NCBI GenBank assembly: GCA_048886685.1
Contig: JBHLKM010000003.1
Coordinates: 1 to 64,000 of the forward strand
DNA: 64,000 bases
Direction: 5' to 3'
From: Candidatus Hodarchaeota archaeon
Lineage (GTDB): Archaea > Asgardarchaeota > Lokiarchaeia > Sigyniarchaeales > SOKP01
Part shown: positions 30,002 to 40,082 of the stretch, piece after piece
Numbering within the stretch: the first letter of the stretch is position 1
Layout of the letters: every line of letters starts with the position of its first letter
Program-made: the position numbers and the translations under genes
Notes under the pieces: model-generated
What the model was told of the DNA's origin: nothing
What the model saw: the letters and a program-made list of their open reading frames with translations, nothing else
The model's database searches: none

Positions 30002-31039
30002 ATGACTTCTGAAATTAATTTAATTCTAATCATAGTTTTAGTTGTTATGGCTGTTGCATTCGCCTTTTCCATCGGTGCCAATGACGAGACCCTTGCATCT
30101 TTAGTCGGCGCTGGTGTTTTAAAATTTAAGATTGCTCTAATAGTAGGGGGTGTCGCCATAGGCTCTGGTATGATTATTTTTAGCGGAGGTTTTGTTCCTG
30201 AAACAGTAGGTAAAAATCTTTTAGGTGAAGGTTTAGAAGAAAAATACACTAACATCATGCTACTAACTGTTTTGATAAGCAGTATTATATGGTTAGTAGT
30301 AGGTAGTTTTGCAGGTATTCCCCTAAGTAGTACCCACTCTTTAATTGGGAGCATTGTTGGAGTAATTATAGTATATGCAATCTATGAAGGAGGTGTTGAT
30401 CTTAATACTGCATTTAATTATGATAAGTTAAGAGATGTAGTGTTAAGTTGGTTTATATCCCCATTATCTGGTTTATTAATAACTTATATTCTCTTTAAAA
30501 TAAGTGCGAAATTATTTTTATCTCGTCTTAGAGGTCTTAATCAAATTGAAAAGTCTGAAAAATTTTTTAAATGGTTTCTATTTATTGCAGTTTTATTTGC
30601 CGAAATATGGGTAGGAGCAAATTCTGGGGAAGCGTTAGGGATTCTTATAGGTTTAAGAGAAAATGATTCTATAAATAACGGTCAATATCTCACTTTTGCG
30701 ATTTTTTGTGGCATTTTCGCTTTCTTAGGTATTTATTTTGCAGCACGATATGTAATCAGAAATCTGGCTTCTTATATGATAGATACGCGTCCTAGCGAGG
30801 GATTTGTTATCCAAATAAGTTCTGCCATAATTCTAATGATTGCAACTCTTTTGGCTCTCCCAATTAGCCACTCCCATGTAATAGTATTTTGTATTATTGG
30901 TTTAAGTATCGCTCAAAAGAAAGAAGTGGACTATAAAGGTTTAGGTAAAATGGGGCTCTATTGGGTACTTACTTTTCCAATAGCTGCTATTTTGGCAGGA
31001 TTTTTATATTTTATTTTAAGTTCATTCGGATTATCATGA
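30002..31039 (+). CDS. pit: PiT-family inorganic phosphate transporter
   Basis: GAND signature, PLSSTHSLIGSIVG, SWFISP, second GAN, PISHSH. Confidence 0.9.
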   Translation: MTSEINLILIIVLVVMAVAFAFSIGANDETLASLVGAGVLKFKIALIVGGVAIGSGMIIFSGGFVPETVGKNLLGEGLEEKYTNIMLLTVLISSIIWLVVGSFAGIPLSSTHSLIGSIVGVIIVYAIYEGGVDLNTAFNYDKLRDVVLSWFISPLSGLLITYILFKISAKLFLSRLRGLNQIEKSEKFFKWFLFIAVLFAEIWVGANSGEALGILIGLRENDSINNGQYLTFAIFCGIFAFLGIYFAARYVIRNLASYMIDTRPSEGFVIQISSAIILMIATLLALPISHSHVIVFCIIGLSIAQKKEVDYKGLGKMGLYWVLTFPIAAILAGFLYFILSSFGLS

Positions 31040-31118
31040 AAAATGTTAAAAAGATAAAAAAATATATAATAATAATTGAAACAATATGGTGGTATAAATA
31101 GGCTCTTTAATTGAATTT

Positions 31119-31781
31119 TTGAAAAGAAAAACAACCATTAATGCTTTAGAAAAATCCGTTAAGCATGCTCAAATAGTTCAAGAAACTGTAAAGAATTTAG
31201 ATGCAGGTCTGCGGATTTTACTGAAAGAAAAAGATCTTGATAAATCACATGAAGTATTTCATAAAGTTGATGTTTTAGAAAGAGATGCTGATAACTTAAG
31301 AAGAGAAATCCAAAAAGATATTTCAGGGGGTGAATTAAATCCTAGCATCAGACAAAATTTATCTCATTTAATTAAAAGAATGGATGATGTTGCAAATTGC
31401 TGTACAGGTGTTGCACGCAGAATTAGTACAATTCCTTTGAAATTTTGGGAGGAAAGCAGTGAAGAAACAATTGAATTAATCTTAGAAATGATGAAAAATA
31501 CTGTTGACTGTGTAGAGTTTCTAGATAAGATTGTGATCGATCTACTCGAGGAAAGAAAAAATATAAAGGATTTTTCATCAAAAATAAATCAACTTGAGCA
31601 TGCAGTAGATCTAACTAATATCAAATTGAGAAAAAATCTACAAGAAACTAAGTATACTGTTAATTACTTTACAATATTTACAGCGGGAAATGTTTTCGAT
31701 ATTTTAGAAGCGATATCTGACTCAATCGAAGGAGTTGCAGATTATATTTTAGTATTATTAACAAGCGCAGAAAAATTATAG
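31119..31781 (+). CDS. DUF47 family Pit accessory protein
   Basis: LERDADNLRR, MDDVAN, LEHAVD, ISDSIEGVADYI; follows pit. Confidence 0.85.
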   Translation: MKRKTTINALEKSVKHAQIVQETVKNLDAGLRILLKEKDLDKSHEVFHKVDVLERDADNLRREIQKDISGGELNPSIRQNLSHLIKRMDDVANCCTGVARRISTIPLKFWEESSEETIELILEMMKNTVDCVEFLDKIVIDLLEERKNIKDFSSKINQLEHAVDLTNIKLRKNLQETKYTVNYFTIFTAGNVFDILEAISDSIEGVADYILVLLTSAEKL

Positions 31782-31792
31782 ACAATAAGATT

Positions 31793-32791
31793 CTAAACTA
31801 AATTATTTATAATAATTTCTGAGATATCTCCCGCATAAACACCTGTTCTTCTGATACTCTCTATGATATATCCTATTGCTATTGATGTCTCGGCATTATC
31901 AGTTGAGCTAAAACTTATTTTCTCAGTAGTTTGGATCAATTCTTTTATAGTTTCTATATTTTCATTTGCTAGATTAATACTTTTCTGGAGCCATGCATCT
32001 AAACTTCTGTTAAGTAATTCTAAAGAAAGGTTACTTGCAATTTCAATTTCCTCTCTCAGCCTTTCATCTATTTTATAATTTACAAGTTTTATAACATTTT
32101 TTGAAATCTTAACAGCATGATCAGCTATCCTTTCTAAGAAACGACTTATTTGCTGAAAGCTCACAGCACCCTCTAATGTCACACCCATTTTTTGGCATGA
32201 TATTATGTCTGATAATGCAATATTTACTTGTCGCATTATTAAATAATGTAATCTATCAACTTCATTATCGTTTTTTATAATTTCTTTTGCAAAATTCACA
32301 TTTCCAGTTTTAAAAGCATTTATAGAATCATCAAACATTCCTCCTGCAAGAATATACATTCGTCTTATCGTTTTTTCAAAGGCCATCTCCCTAGGATTTA
32401 CTAAATCTCTAATTTTTATGAAATTATCTGATTCCTCCTCGATTTCGGGACCTATAGCGATTTGAGTGAATCTTCTTATGCAATCTTTTATATTTAATTC
32501 AAATTTTTTACTTGATTTAATTGTTATTATCGAATAACCCATTATGTACGCTCCTATCAATACCCGGAACAAAAAATTATCATCTGGGAAATCATCAACC
32601 ATGATATCTTTAATTTTCTGTATTTTCTCAGTTTCAAGTTGGGGTGTTATTAATAAATTACCATCCGGTTGACTTAGAATCCCTAATGTATCATTCTTTT
32701 CGACACGGTGTTTTTCTATCCATGCTTTAGGTAATGATATAGTATAACTGGATCCACCAGTCCTTTGAACTTTTCGTGTTTGAAATGACAT
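31793..32791 (-). CDS. phoU: Archaeal phosphate uptake regulator (AbrB-like N-terminus plus PhoU domains)
   Basis: RKVQRTGGSSYTISLPKAW AbrB-like start, AYIMGY, DNEVDRL, LERIADHA. Likely start ATG 32791. Confidence 0.9.
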   Translation of the reverse strand: MSFQTRKVQRTGGSSYTISLPKAWIEKHRVEKNDTLGILSQPDGNLLITPQLETEKIQKIKDIMVDDFPDDNFLFRVLIGAYIMGYSIITIKSSKKFELNIKDCIRRFTQIAIGPEIEEESDNFIKIRDLVNPREMAFEKTIRRMYILAGGMFDDSINAFKTGNVNFAKEIIKNDNEVDRLHYLIMRQVNIALSDIISCQKMGVTLEGAVSFQQISRFLERIADHAVKISKNVIKLVNYKIDERLREEIEIASNLSLELLNRSLDAWLQKSINLANENIETIKELIQTTEKISFSSTDNAETSIAIGYIIESIRRTGVYAGDISEIIINNLV

Positions 32792-32820
32792 TTTAACTCT
32801 TAATATCATACTTTGAATAT

Positions 32821-32882
32821 AACTATATAAAAAAATTAATTATATATTCTTATATATCTTTTCTATATATTCTATATAGAAA
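32821..32882 (-). promoter_or_regulatory. TATATAGAA-type repeats upstream of phoU (candidate phosphate-regulon box)
   Basis: Minus strand reads TCTATATAGAA TATATAGAA AAGATATATAAGAATATATA, sharing CTATATAGAA with the pit promoter. Confidence 0.45.
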
Positions 32883-32894
32883 ATATCTCACGAA

Positions 32895-34469
32895 TTATAC
32901 CAAATTATCCCCAATAACACTTTTATGTGGTTTTTTACCTAAGATTGTCAATAATGTTGGAACAATATCAGTTATTTTACAATAAAGAATATGTTTATTT
33001 GGGATTTCTGGAGATCCCCCAATAATTAAAGGAACATTCATGCATTCTCTTATACCCATATCGTGATGATAGATATTTTTATTCCCCTTTTTCCCATTTT
33101 TTAGATTATAAACTACGGATCCATCATTACTCAAGATTATATCTGCACTTCTGGGATTTTTAAAATGACGAGGGATTAAATCGGTGTACATTGGATAATC
33201 GAGATGGTATGTAGCACTTAACCATTCCTGAATGGAGTGAAATTTGTTATCCATTAACTTGCTGGCGCTTTCATCGTTTGAGTAATTGAAAATATCGTCG
33301 TCATCATTTTCTATTATGTATTTTGTTTTAAAATTATTACCAGTACCAGAATATTCAATAGCACCTGAGATTAATCTATTTGATTTTCTAATCTTCTTCT
33401 TTAAATGAATAATTCCTTTATCAACGGTATTATTTTCATCTCTATAATACATTAAATGACTACCTTCAATTTTGAATAAATCTTTTAACAAATTTATCTT
33501 TTTAGGACCATATCCTTCCAATTCTTCAACAGTAGGATGGGACCAACTATTTTTTATATCAGAATTAGTATTTCCTTTGAAATTAAAAAAGCCAATTCCA
33601 TCATATTTCGCTAAATTCATATTTCCCATTAAATTCCTTCGGGGATGATAATGAGTTAGTTTATTTGTTTTAAAAAAATCAAATATGTTTCCATATCTTT
33701 CTGCTTTATAATTTCCATGATCCGCGGTAATTGCAATGGCAGTGTCATCTAGATATCCCATTTTATCTAATGTCTCAACTAATAGACCAATTACTTTATC
33801 TATATGTAAAATATTTAACTTATAGATTTGGGAGTTGAAGCCAAAAATATGTAACAAAATATCAGGTGTCATGAACCACAATAACGATGCAATTGGAGGT
33901 TCAGAATCCTTAATATATTTTTTTGGTTTTTTAAAAGTATCAATTAGTTTTTTTACTAAACCGGTATCAGCTTTGACCATCATTTTTTTTATATTTCGGG
34001 AATAGTATAAAGTTATATAATACTCAGCGAGTTTAGTTTTTCTTTCTGGAAAAAAATATTTTGCTCCTCGGCTGACAAACTGAGCAATACTTGCCGTTTT
34101 TCCATCTCCTACCATTTCAAGTATTGTTTTGCATCTGTTGCCAAGATCTTTATTTAACTTATATATCTGTAGGTTTCTAGCAGCATAATCTCTTAAAAAT
34201 GGAGGAGCAATATCACGCCCCATCCAATTCATTAATGGAACGCCATGACAGAATTCTTTACGGTAATCACCTGTATATGTTCCAGTAATTAATGAGGCTT
34301 GAGTAGGATATGTAATGGGAGGAAAATCAGTTATACAATTTTTTGAATAAATTCCACTTTCCATCAATTTTTTTATGTTAGGGAGCCACCCCTTATCCAT
34401 AAACTCAAATAGATGGTCAGATCTTACATTATCTATTATACAATAGATAACTCTATTTATCTTAATCAT
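32895..34469 (-). CDS. Alkaline phosphatase superfamily protein (nucleotide pyrophosphatase/phosphodiesterase-like)
   Basis: IIDNVR, FPPITYP (Thr nucleophile), PDILLH, TADHG, HHD, DIVPT. Confidence 0.82.
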   Translation of the reverse strand: MIKINRVIYCIIDNVRSDHLFEFMDKGWLPNIKKLMESGIYSKNCITDFPPITYPTQASLITGTYTGDYRKEFCHGVPLMNWMGRDIAPPFLRDYAARNLQIYKLNKDLGNRCKTILEMVGDGKTASIAQFVSRGAKYFFPERKTKLAEYYITLYYSRNIKKMMVKADTGLVKKLIDTFKKPKKYIKDSEPPIASLLWFMTPDILLHIFGFNSQIYKLNILHIDKVIGLLVETLDKMGYLDDTAIAITADHGNYKAERYGNIFDFFKTNKLTHYHPRRNLMGNMNLAKYDGIGFFNFKGNTNSDIKNSWSHPTVEELEGYGPKKINLLKDLFKIEGSHLMYYRDENNTVDKGIIHLKKKIRKSNRLISGAIEYSGTGNNFKTKYIIENDDDDIFNYSNDESASKLMDNKFHSIQEWLSATYHLDYPMYTDLIPRHFKNPRSADIILSNDGSVVYNLKNGKKGNKNIYHHDMGIRECMNVPLIIGGSPEIPNKHILYCKITDIVPTLLTILGKKPHKSVIGDNLV

Positions 34470-34635
34470 AATGTTAGAATTCTAAAGGTAGGGGATATAA
34501 TATTACAAGAATTAAAAAATATAATTATTATATAATATTTGAAAGCAAGGAGATCCCCATTAAACTAAATAGAAAAAATAAAGTAACTAAATGATGATCT
34601 AATCTATTGGAATGATTGTTAAAAAGATGTAATAG

Positions 34636-34737
34636 AGCCCCCGACGGGATTTGAACCCGCGACCTGCAGATTACAAGTCTGCTGCTATACCGCTTCGCCA
34701 AATAAAGCGTTCATCAATATTTTTAAGCTACGGAGGC
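34636..34737 (-). tRNA. tRNA-Thr(UGU) with a 30-nt intron in the D-loop (34694-34723)
   Basis: Acceptor GCCTCCG/CGGGGGC, anticodon arm GCAGA-CTTGTAA-TCTGC, T-arm GCGGG-TTCAAAT-CCCGT. Removing 30 nt after position 14 gives a normal 72-nt cloverleaf; CCA not encoded. Confidence 0.93.
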
Positions 34738-34892
34738 AACTTAAGATACCTAAATTTTTTCTATATTTTATATGAAATTGTTATAAATTTTTAATTTTGT
34801 GGTTTTGGGGCGTTTAAAAATCAACACAAATAGTTAAATGTTAACTTGAACTATTTTTCATAAATTATTAAATTATAATTTTGAGAGGAAAA

Positions 34893-35240
34893 ATGCCTTT
34901 TACAAAAGAAGATGTTGTTAGGTTGGCTTTTAAGATATACAAGAGAGGAGAACCCTTAGAAAAATCGATTTGGCGTCTTGCTGAATTATGTGTAACTATT
35001 AACAAAAATGTGAAAAATGGGTATGATATCCAGCCTTTAGAGACCGAAAATCTGGTTTTATTAATCAGAGATGACGTAAATGGTGAAATAATTCAACCTC
35101 CTGAAAGTGAGATCCGAGAAGTCGCTGAAGTGATTTTCAAAGAGGGTCCAAGTCGTTCTCAATTGGACTGGTATATTGCAGAAAAACAGCTTCTTTTAGA
35201 TGAAATTAAGAATATTATCGCTAAAAATAGAAAGGCTTAA
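34893..35240 (+). CDS. Small protein with two DUF2934-like helical motifs
   Basis: EDVVRLAFKIYKRG...IWRLAE and SEIREVAEVIFKEG...DWYIAEKQL; GAGAGG SD before ATG 34893. Confidence 0.7.
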   Translation: MPFTKEDVVRLAFKIYKRGEPLEKSIWRLAELCVTINKNVKNGYDIQPLETENLVLLIRDDVNGEIIQPPESEIREVAEVIFKEGPSRSQLDWYIAEKQLLLDEIKNIIAKNRKA

Positions 35241-35403
35241 AGTAATCTCAAAGTAAATTATTTAAGCTTACTTTTTTTTATTGAATCTTGAGTTTGAAAG
35301 AAGTGTAAGAACTATTAAAATAGGAATAGTTGGTATTATAATAGATATTATACTAATTATTTATAGTTAACAATAAAATTATCATTTTTTATGGGATTAT
35401 AAA

Positions 35404-38361
35404 TTGTCGAGTTCAAGAAAAGGAAGAAAAAAGAAGGATGAGAATAAAGCTCAAACGTCCTTATTTTCTTTTGTTGATGAAAAAGAAAAAGAGAAGAAAG
35501 AACCAGAAAAAGAGCCGAAGAAAGAGAAACATATACCTTTAGAAGAAAAGAAACCAATTGAAAAAACTATAACTACTCAACAAGAAAAACCTGTAGATAT
35601 TTTGCCAGAAGAAAAACATGATATGACAAAAATTTCTCAACTTTCATATTTTAAAGGAAATGATGAGCCCTTTGGATTAAAAGAAGGTAATATAAAGTTA
35701 GAAAAAGTCCTTAGAGAAGGAGTAACCTCAAAATATATCCGTTATTTGATTGCAAAGGGAGAAATAGTCGAGAATTTAGAAAGAGGTTTATTGTTGGATG
35801 TTGATTACGATGGTGGTCAAAACAAAGCATTTTGTAAATTCTATGACTTAGAAACTGAGGATATAAAGATTTGGATTGATACCACCGAACATGAGCCTTA
35901 TTGTTTAAGTAAAGAACCAATCTCCGAATTAGAAAAATTATATTATTCAGAAAAAATAGGAGACACGGAGCAGAAAAAAAAAATAATCGATTATGCGGGA
36001 TTTAAGCGATTTGAGGAAATTACTCGATTTGATTTGTTAGCTGATAAAGAAATTAAAATTACAAAGCTATATGGTGAGACTCCTACAAATATTGGCGGTT
36101 CTGGAACGAATCTTCGTAATATCTTGGGCAAAAATGAAAAAAAGGCATGGGAAGCGGATATACGATATCATTTGAACTATATCTTTGATAGGCAACTGAT
36201 CCCTGGGTTAATTTATACAATTAAAAATGGAAATCTTGAAATATTAGATTTTGAGAAAATTAATGATAATTCCAGAAATATGGCTAATGAGCTTCGGACT
36301 CTATTTAAAGATGAGGCTCTTGAAATTCAAGAATTTTCTGAGAAATTTTTAGACATCTTTATTACGCCAATCCCCGATGTCAAGCGTGTGGCTATGGATA
36401 TAGAGGTTAAGATTGGTGAAAGAGACTATAAAATTCCTGATCCAACTTTAGCCAACCAAGAAGTAATAAGTGTGTCTTTTGTAGCTACTGATGGATTAAA
36501 AATAGTGTATATGCTTGAACGAGAAGATTATATTTTTGAAAAGCTTCATGAAGACTTTCCTCCAGATGCAAGAATTCTCCTCTTTAAATCTGAAAAAGAA
36601 TTAATAACAGAAACATTTCGACTTCTATGGAAATATCCCGTTGTTATTACTTTTAATGGTGACAATTTTGATTTAAACTATTTATCCCATCGAGCAGATA
36701 GATTGAAGATTGATAAAGATTTAAATCCTATTCATGTAAAGCGAGGTTTTGGAGTATTATCTAAAGCAGAATGTGATTTAAAAAGAGGTATCCACATTGA
36801 TCTTTTTGATTTATTCTTTAATCGAAGTATTTCAGGATATGCTTTTGGAGGTGTATATGAGAGTGCTTCACTTAATGCAATTAGTGCGGCTTTACTCGGA
36901 GAAGAAAAATATCAGCATGAAGAAATTATCCACGAAATGGAATATGATATTCTGTCGTGGTATAATCTTAAAGATTCCATATTAACGTTAGATCTTACTA
37001 AATTTAACAATTCTCTCGTTTGGAACCTGATAATATTGTTATGTCGAATAACAAAAATGCCTATCCATGATATGGTTCGAAGACAAATTTCCACTTGGAT
37101 ACAAAACATATTTTATTTCGAGCATCGTAGGAAAGGATCACTAATTCCCCGTAGATCTGAAATAGCAGAATTGAAAAAAGGAGGTATCTTATCGTCCAAA
37201 GCTGGTGACGACAAATTTATGGGTGCTTATGTCGTACCTCCCATCCCTGGAATTCACTATGATGTTGTTGTAATGGATTTTGCGTCACTTTATCCCTCTA
37301 TCATTAAGGAATATAATCTTTCATATGAAACTGTCCTATGTCCTCATAAGGATGATGAGGATAATCTTGTGAAAGGAACTCCTTATCATATATGTACACA
37401 TAAAATGGGTATCTTTGCGTATGTAGTTGGTTTTTTCCGTGATATTAGAGTAAAGTATTTTAAACCAAAATCAGGAGATAAAAATTTATCGGAAAAACAG
37501 CGTAGTTATTACCAAACTATTCAACAGGCGTTAAAGGTTTTTATTAATGGTAGTTATGGAGTATTTGGATCACAGAATTTTCCCTTGTTTTGTTTACCAG
37601 TAGCAGAAAGCACTACAGGCATAGGACAATATTCTATAAAGCAAACAATCAAAAAAGCTGAAGAATTGGGCGTAGAAGTTTTATACGGAGATACTGATTC
37701 AGTTTTTCTTAAAAACCCTACAATAGATCAAATGAAAGAAATATCAGATTGGAGTAAGAAAGAATTAGATTTAGATTTAGAAGAAGAAAAAACGTATCAA
37801 TTCTTAGCCCTCTCAGATAGAAAGAAAAATTATATAGGAATTTATAAAGATACGAAATATACAGATATAAAAGGATTAGTAGCTAAGAAGAAGAATACAC
37901 CAGAGTTTATAAAAAAAGTGTTTAATAACTTGATTGAAATCTTAAAAAACATTACGAATGATGATGAATTTTCGAAAGCACGCAATCAAATCATAGATAT
38001 AGTGAAAACCAACCTTAAAAAAATTGGAAAACCGGATACATTTACTTTAGATGATTATGCAATAAATATTGGATTACAGAAAAATTTGAAGAACTATATT
38101 AAAGTTGTTCCGCAACATGTTAGAGCCGCGATTGAACTAAAAGAAGCTACGGGAAAAGAATATCAAAAAGGTGAAACAATCAGTTTTATTAAGAGTAAAG
38201 GACCAATTGGAGCAAAAGCTATTGAACTAGCAAAACTCCAAGATATTGATACAAAAAAATACAAAGAACTTTTGACATCTGCTCTTGAACAGGTTTTTGA
38301 TGCTCTTGGCATAACTTTTGAGGAAATAAAGGGAATTAAAAAGATGGACGCATTTTTCTAA
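35404..38361 (+). CDS. polB: Family B DNA polymerase (PolB1-like) with intact 3'-5' exonuclease
   Basis: ExoI MDIE, ExoII FNGDNFD, ExoIII YNLKD; polymerase motifs DFASLYPSII, KVFINGSYG, YGDTDS, KKNY; no intein. Confidence 0.95.
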   Translation: MSSSRKGRKKKDENKAQTSLFSFVDEKEKEKKEPEKEPKKEKHIPLEEKKPIEKTITTQQEKPVDILPEEKHDMTKISQLSYFKGNDEPFGLKEGNIKLEKVLREGVTSKYIRYLIAKGEIVENLERGLLLDVDYDGGQNKAFCKFYDLETEDIKIWIDTTEHEPYCLSKEPISELEKLYYSEKIGDTEQKKKIIDYAGFKRFEEITRFDLLADKEIKITKLYGETPTNIGGSGTNLRNILGKNEKKAWEADIRYHLNYIFDRQLIPGLIYTIKNGNLEILDFEKINDNSRNMANELRTLFKDEALEIQEFSEKFLDIFITPIPDVKRVAMDIEVKIGERDYKIPDPTLANQEVISVSFVATDGLKIVYMLEREDYIFEKLHEDFPPDARILLFKSEKELITETFRLLWKYPVVITFNGDNFDLNYLSHRADRLKIDKDLNPIHVKRGFGVLSKAECDLKRGIHIDLFDLFFNRSISGYAFGGVYESASLNAISAALLGEEKYQHEEIIHEMEYDILSWYNLKDSILTLDLTKFNNSLVWNLIILLCRITKMPIHDMVRRQISTWIQNIFYFEHRRKGSLIPRRSEIAELKKGGILSSKAGDDKFMGAYVVPPIPGIHYDVVVMDFASLYPSIIKEYNLSYETVLCPHKDDEDNLVKGTPYHICTHKMGIFAYVVGFFRDIRVKYFKPKSGDKNLSEKQRSYYQTIQQALKVFINGSYGVFGSQNFPLFCLPVAESTTGIGQYSIKQTIKKAEELGVEVLYGDTDSVFLKNPTIDQMKEISDWSKKELDLDLEEEKTYQFLALSDRKKNYIGIYKDTKYTDIKGLVAKKKNTPEFIKKVFNNLIEILKNITNDDEFSKARNQIIDIVKTNLKKIGKPDTFTLDDYAINIGLQKNLKNYIKVVPQHVRAAIELKEATGKEYQKGETISFIKSKGPIGAKAIELAKLQDIDTKKYKELLTSALEQVFDALGITFEEIKGIKKMDAFF

Positions 38362-38401
38362 ATTTAATAGAAAAAAAAAAAGAAATTAGTTTTTGTTATA
38401 T

Positions 38402-38815
38402 CTACTTCTTACTAAATTCGGCTGGGTTTCCTCCAGCTTCAAGATATTCCGCATACTTTTTCAAGCTTTTTAAAAGCATTTCACCCGCGATTCCAAGTAC
38501 AGGTTCCTGACTTGCATCATCGAATTCTGCCCAAATTGTAGCTTCAACAGCATCCCCTTTTGGTTTTAAAACATATCCTAAACTTGTCATTGGACTACCC
38601 TCTTGAGTTGCTGATAGACTCTCAAGGGGATTTGTTTCTATACGAGTTGATGTTATGTCTCCAACATTTGTTTTAAAAAAATAGTTGCCTGGACCTAGTT
38701 CTGTGACTTCATTGACTACGATATTCCACCTAGCATAGTCGTTATCTTCGTCAATGATCTTAAAAATTCTCTCTTGAGAAGCGGAAATATCAAGTTTTCT
38801 TTCTACACGTGGCAT
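38402..38815 (-). CDS. SRPBCC/START-like domain protein
   Basis: VERKLDISASQERIFKII...YARW start and C-terminal helix LKSLKKYAE. Confidence 0.75.
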   Translation of the reverse strand: MPRVERKLDISASQERIFKIIDEDNDYARWNIVVNEVTELGPGNYFFKTNVGDITSTRIETNPLESLSATQEGSPMTSLGYVLKPKGDAVEATIWAEFDDASQEPVLGIAGEMLLKSLKKYAEYLEAGGNPAEFSKK

Positions 38816-38917
38816 AAATTATACACTTTATGAATTTCAAAAAAATTTGTCAAAATTTCGATTAAATATCTTTAGAACGAGATACTTTATAAAACTTTAT
38901 GTTTTTAGGACACACCT

Positions 38918-40000
38918 TCACAAGATATAATACAACAAGCCCATAATCAAGGCACTAAAAACAGGATTTAAAATATTATCATCAACCTTAAGATTTGAGA
39001 CATCAATTATAAAGAATGTAATTGCCCCACTGAATGAAATTAAAAAAATCTCAAACATTTTTAACGAAGTTTCAAATAACCATAAAGAAATGAATGCTAT
39101 AAAAAATGAAACTAAAAATCCTGCAATATAACCAGCAATAGTCTTTTCAGATGACTTTGGAAAATGGATATTTCCAAATCGAAGTCCGAATACAGATGCT
39201 GCGCCATCTCCTAAAGTTGCTATTAGAGAAGCCGCTGCAAAAATACCAAATGGAAAAATAAAAATGGGTACAAATGATAAGGCAAGTACTACTGGTTTTA
39301 TATAATTATAATTTTCTTCACGCTTCATAGTCTTCCCTAATAGATCCAAGACATTATCAGGGATCAAATAGAAAAAGTTATGATTATCAAATATGAATGA
39401 TAATCTGATATAATCTAATGTACCGAAGATTAAGATACCTGAATAACCAGTAGTTAAAATCAAAAATCTACCAAATTGCTGTCCAGTAATTCTCCATACT
39501 TCATCAGCATTCCAGAGACCATCCCATATATAAATAGCAAAAATCCACAGAAAGATGATAATTCCAGCCGGAAATACGTGTAAAGCTTTTCGGTGGATAT
39601 CTGTCCTAATTTTGTGAGATTTTAGACTATTTAAATCATCTTCTTGTTTATCAAACCTAATTAAAAACTCCTTAAAATTTCTTTTTTCTTTAATATCTGG
39701 ATTATTCCTTAGAACTATTCGGTGTTGATAAAATAATATCAAGAAAATCAAAAAGGGGGTAAATATACAAATAAAAAATATAGATAAGATTTGAAATAAC
39801 CTAAAATATGAATTATCTATAGACAAATACAAGGGATATATCAGCCCTGAAATAATCCATAAAAAAAAGGTTAAAATACAGTTAAGAAAATTATGTTCAT
39901 TTGGAAATTTCTGATTCAGTTTAATGGCATAGTATAATAAGCCAAGTCCGCTAGATATAAAGAGAATAGTTACTGGCAATAATAAAATATCATATGCCAT
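38918..40000 (-). CDS. CTP-dependent isoprenoid-alcohol/diacylglycerol kinase family (dolichol/phytol kinase-like) membrane protein
   Basis: RKALH, GDGAASVFG..FG, KTIAG, DDN motifs; multiple TMs. Confidence 0.8.
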   Translation of the reverse strand: MAYDILLLPVTILFISSGLGLLYYAIKLNQKFPNEHNFLNCILTFFLWIISGLIYPLYLSIDNSYFRLFQILSIFFICIFTPFLIFLILFYQHRIVLRNNPDIKEKRNFKEFLIRFDKQEDDLNSLKSHKIRTDIHRKALHVFPAGIIIFLWIFAIYIWDGLWNADEVWRITGQQFGRFLILTTGYSGILIFGTLDYIRLSFIFDNHNFFYLIPDNVLDLLGKTMKREENYNYIKPVVLALSFVPIFIFPFGIFAAASLIATLGDGAASVFGLRFGNIHFPKSSEKTIAGYIAGFLVSFFIAFISLWLFETSLKMFEIFLISFSGAITFFIIDVSNLKVDDNILNPVFSALIMGLLYYIL

Positions 40001-40082
40001 GATAACTTTAATTAAACCGTTATCTCAAAAATAACTTATGGAAAAATAGTTCTCTTAAATATATAAAAAAAATATATTAATT

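Noticed and set aside
34470-35400. Integrated element at the tRNA with polB as a casposon/viral polymerase
   Set aside because: No integrase or Cas1, no duplicated tRNA 3' end or terminal repeats noticed, and PolB has cellular rather than protein-primed features.
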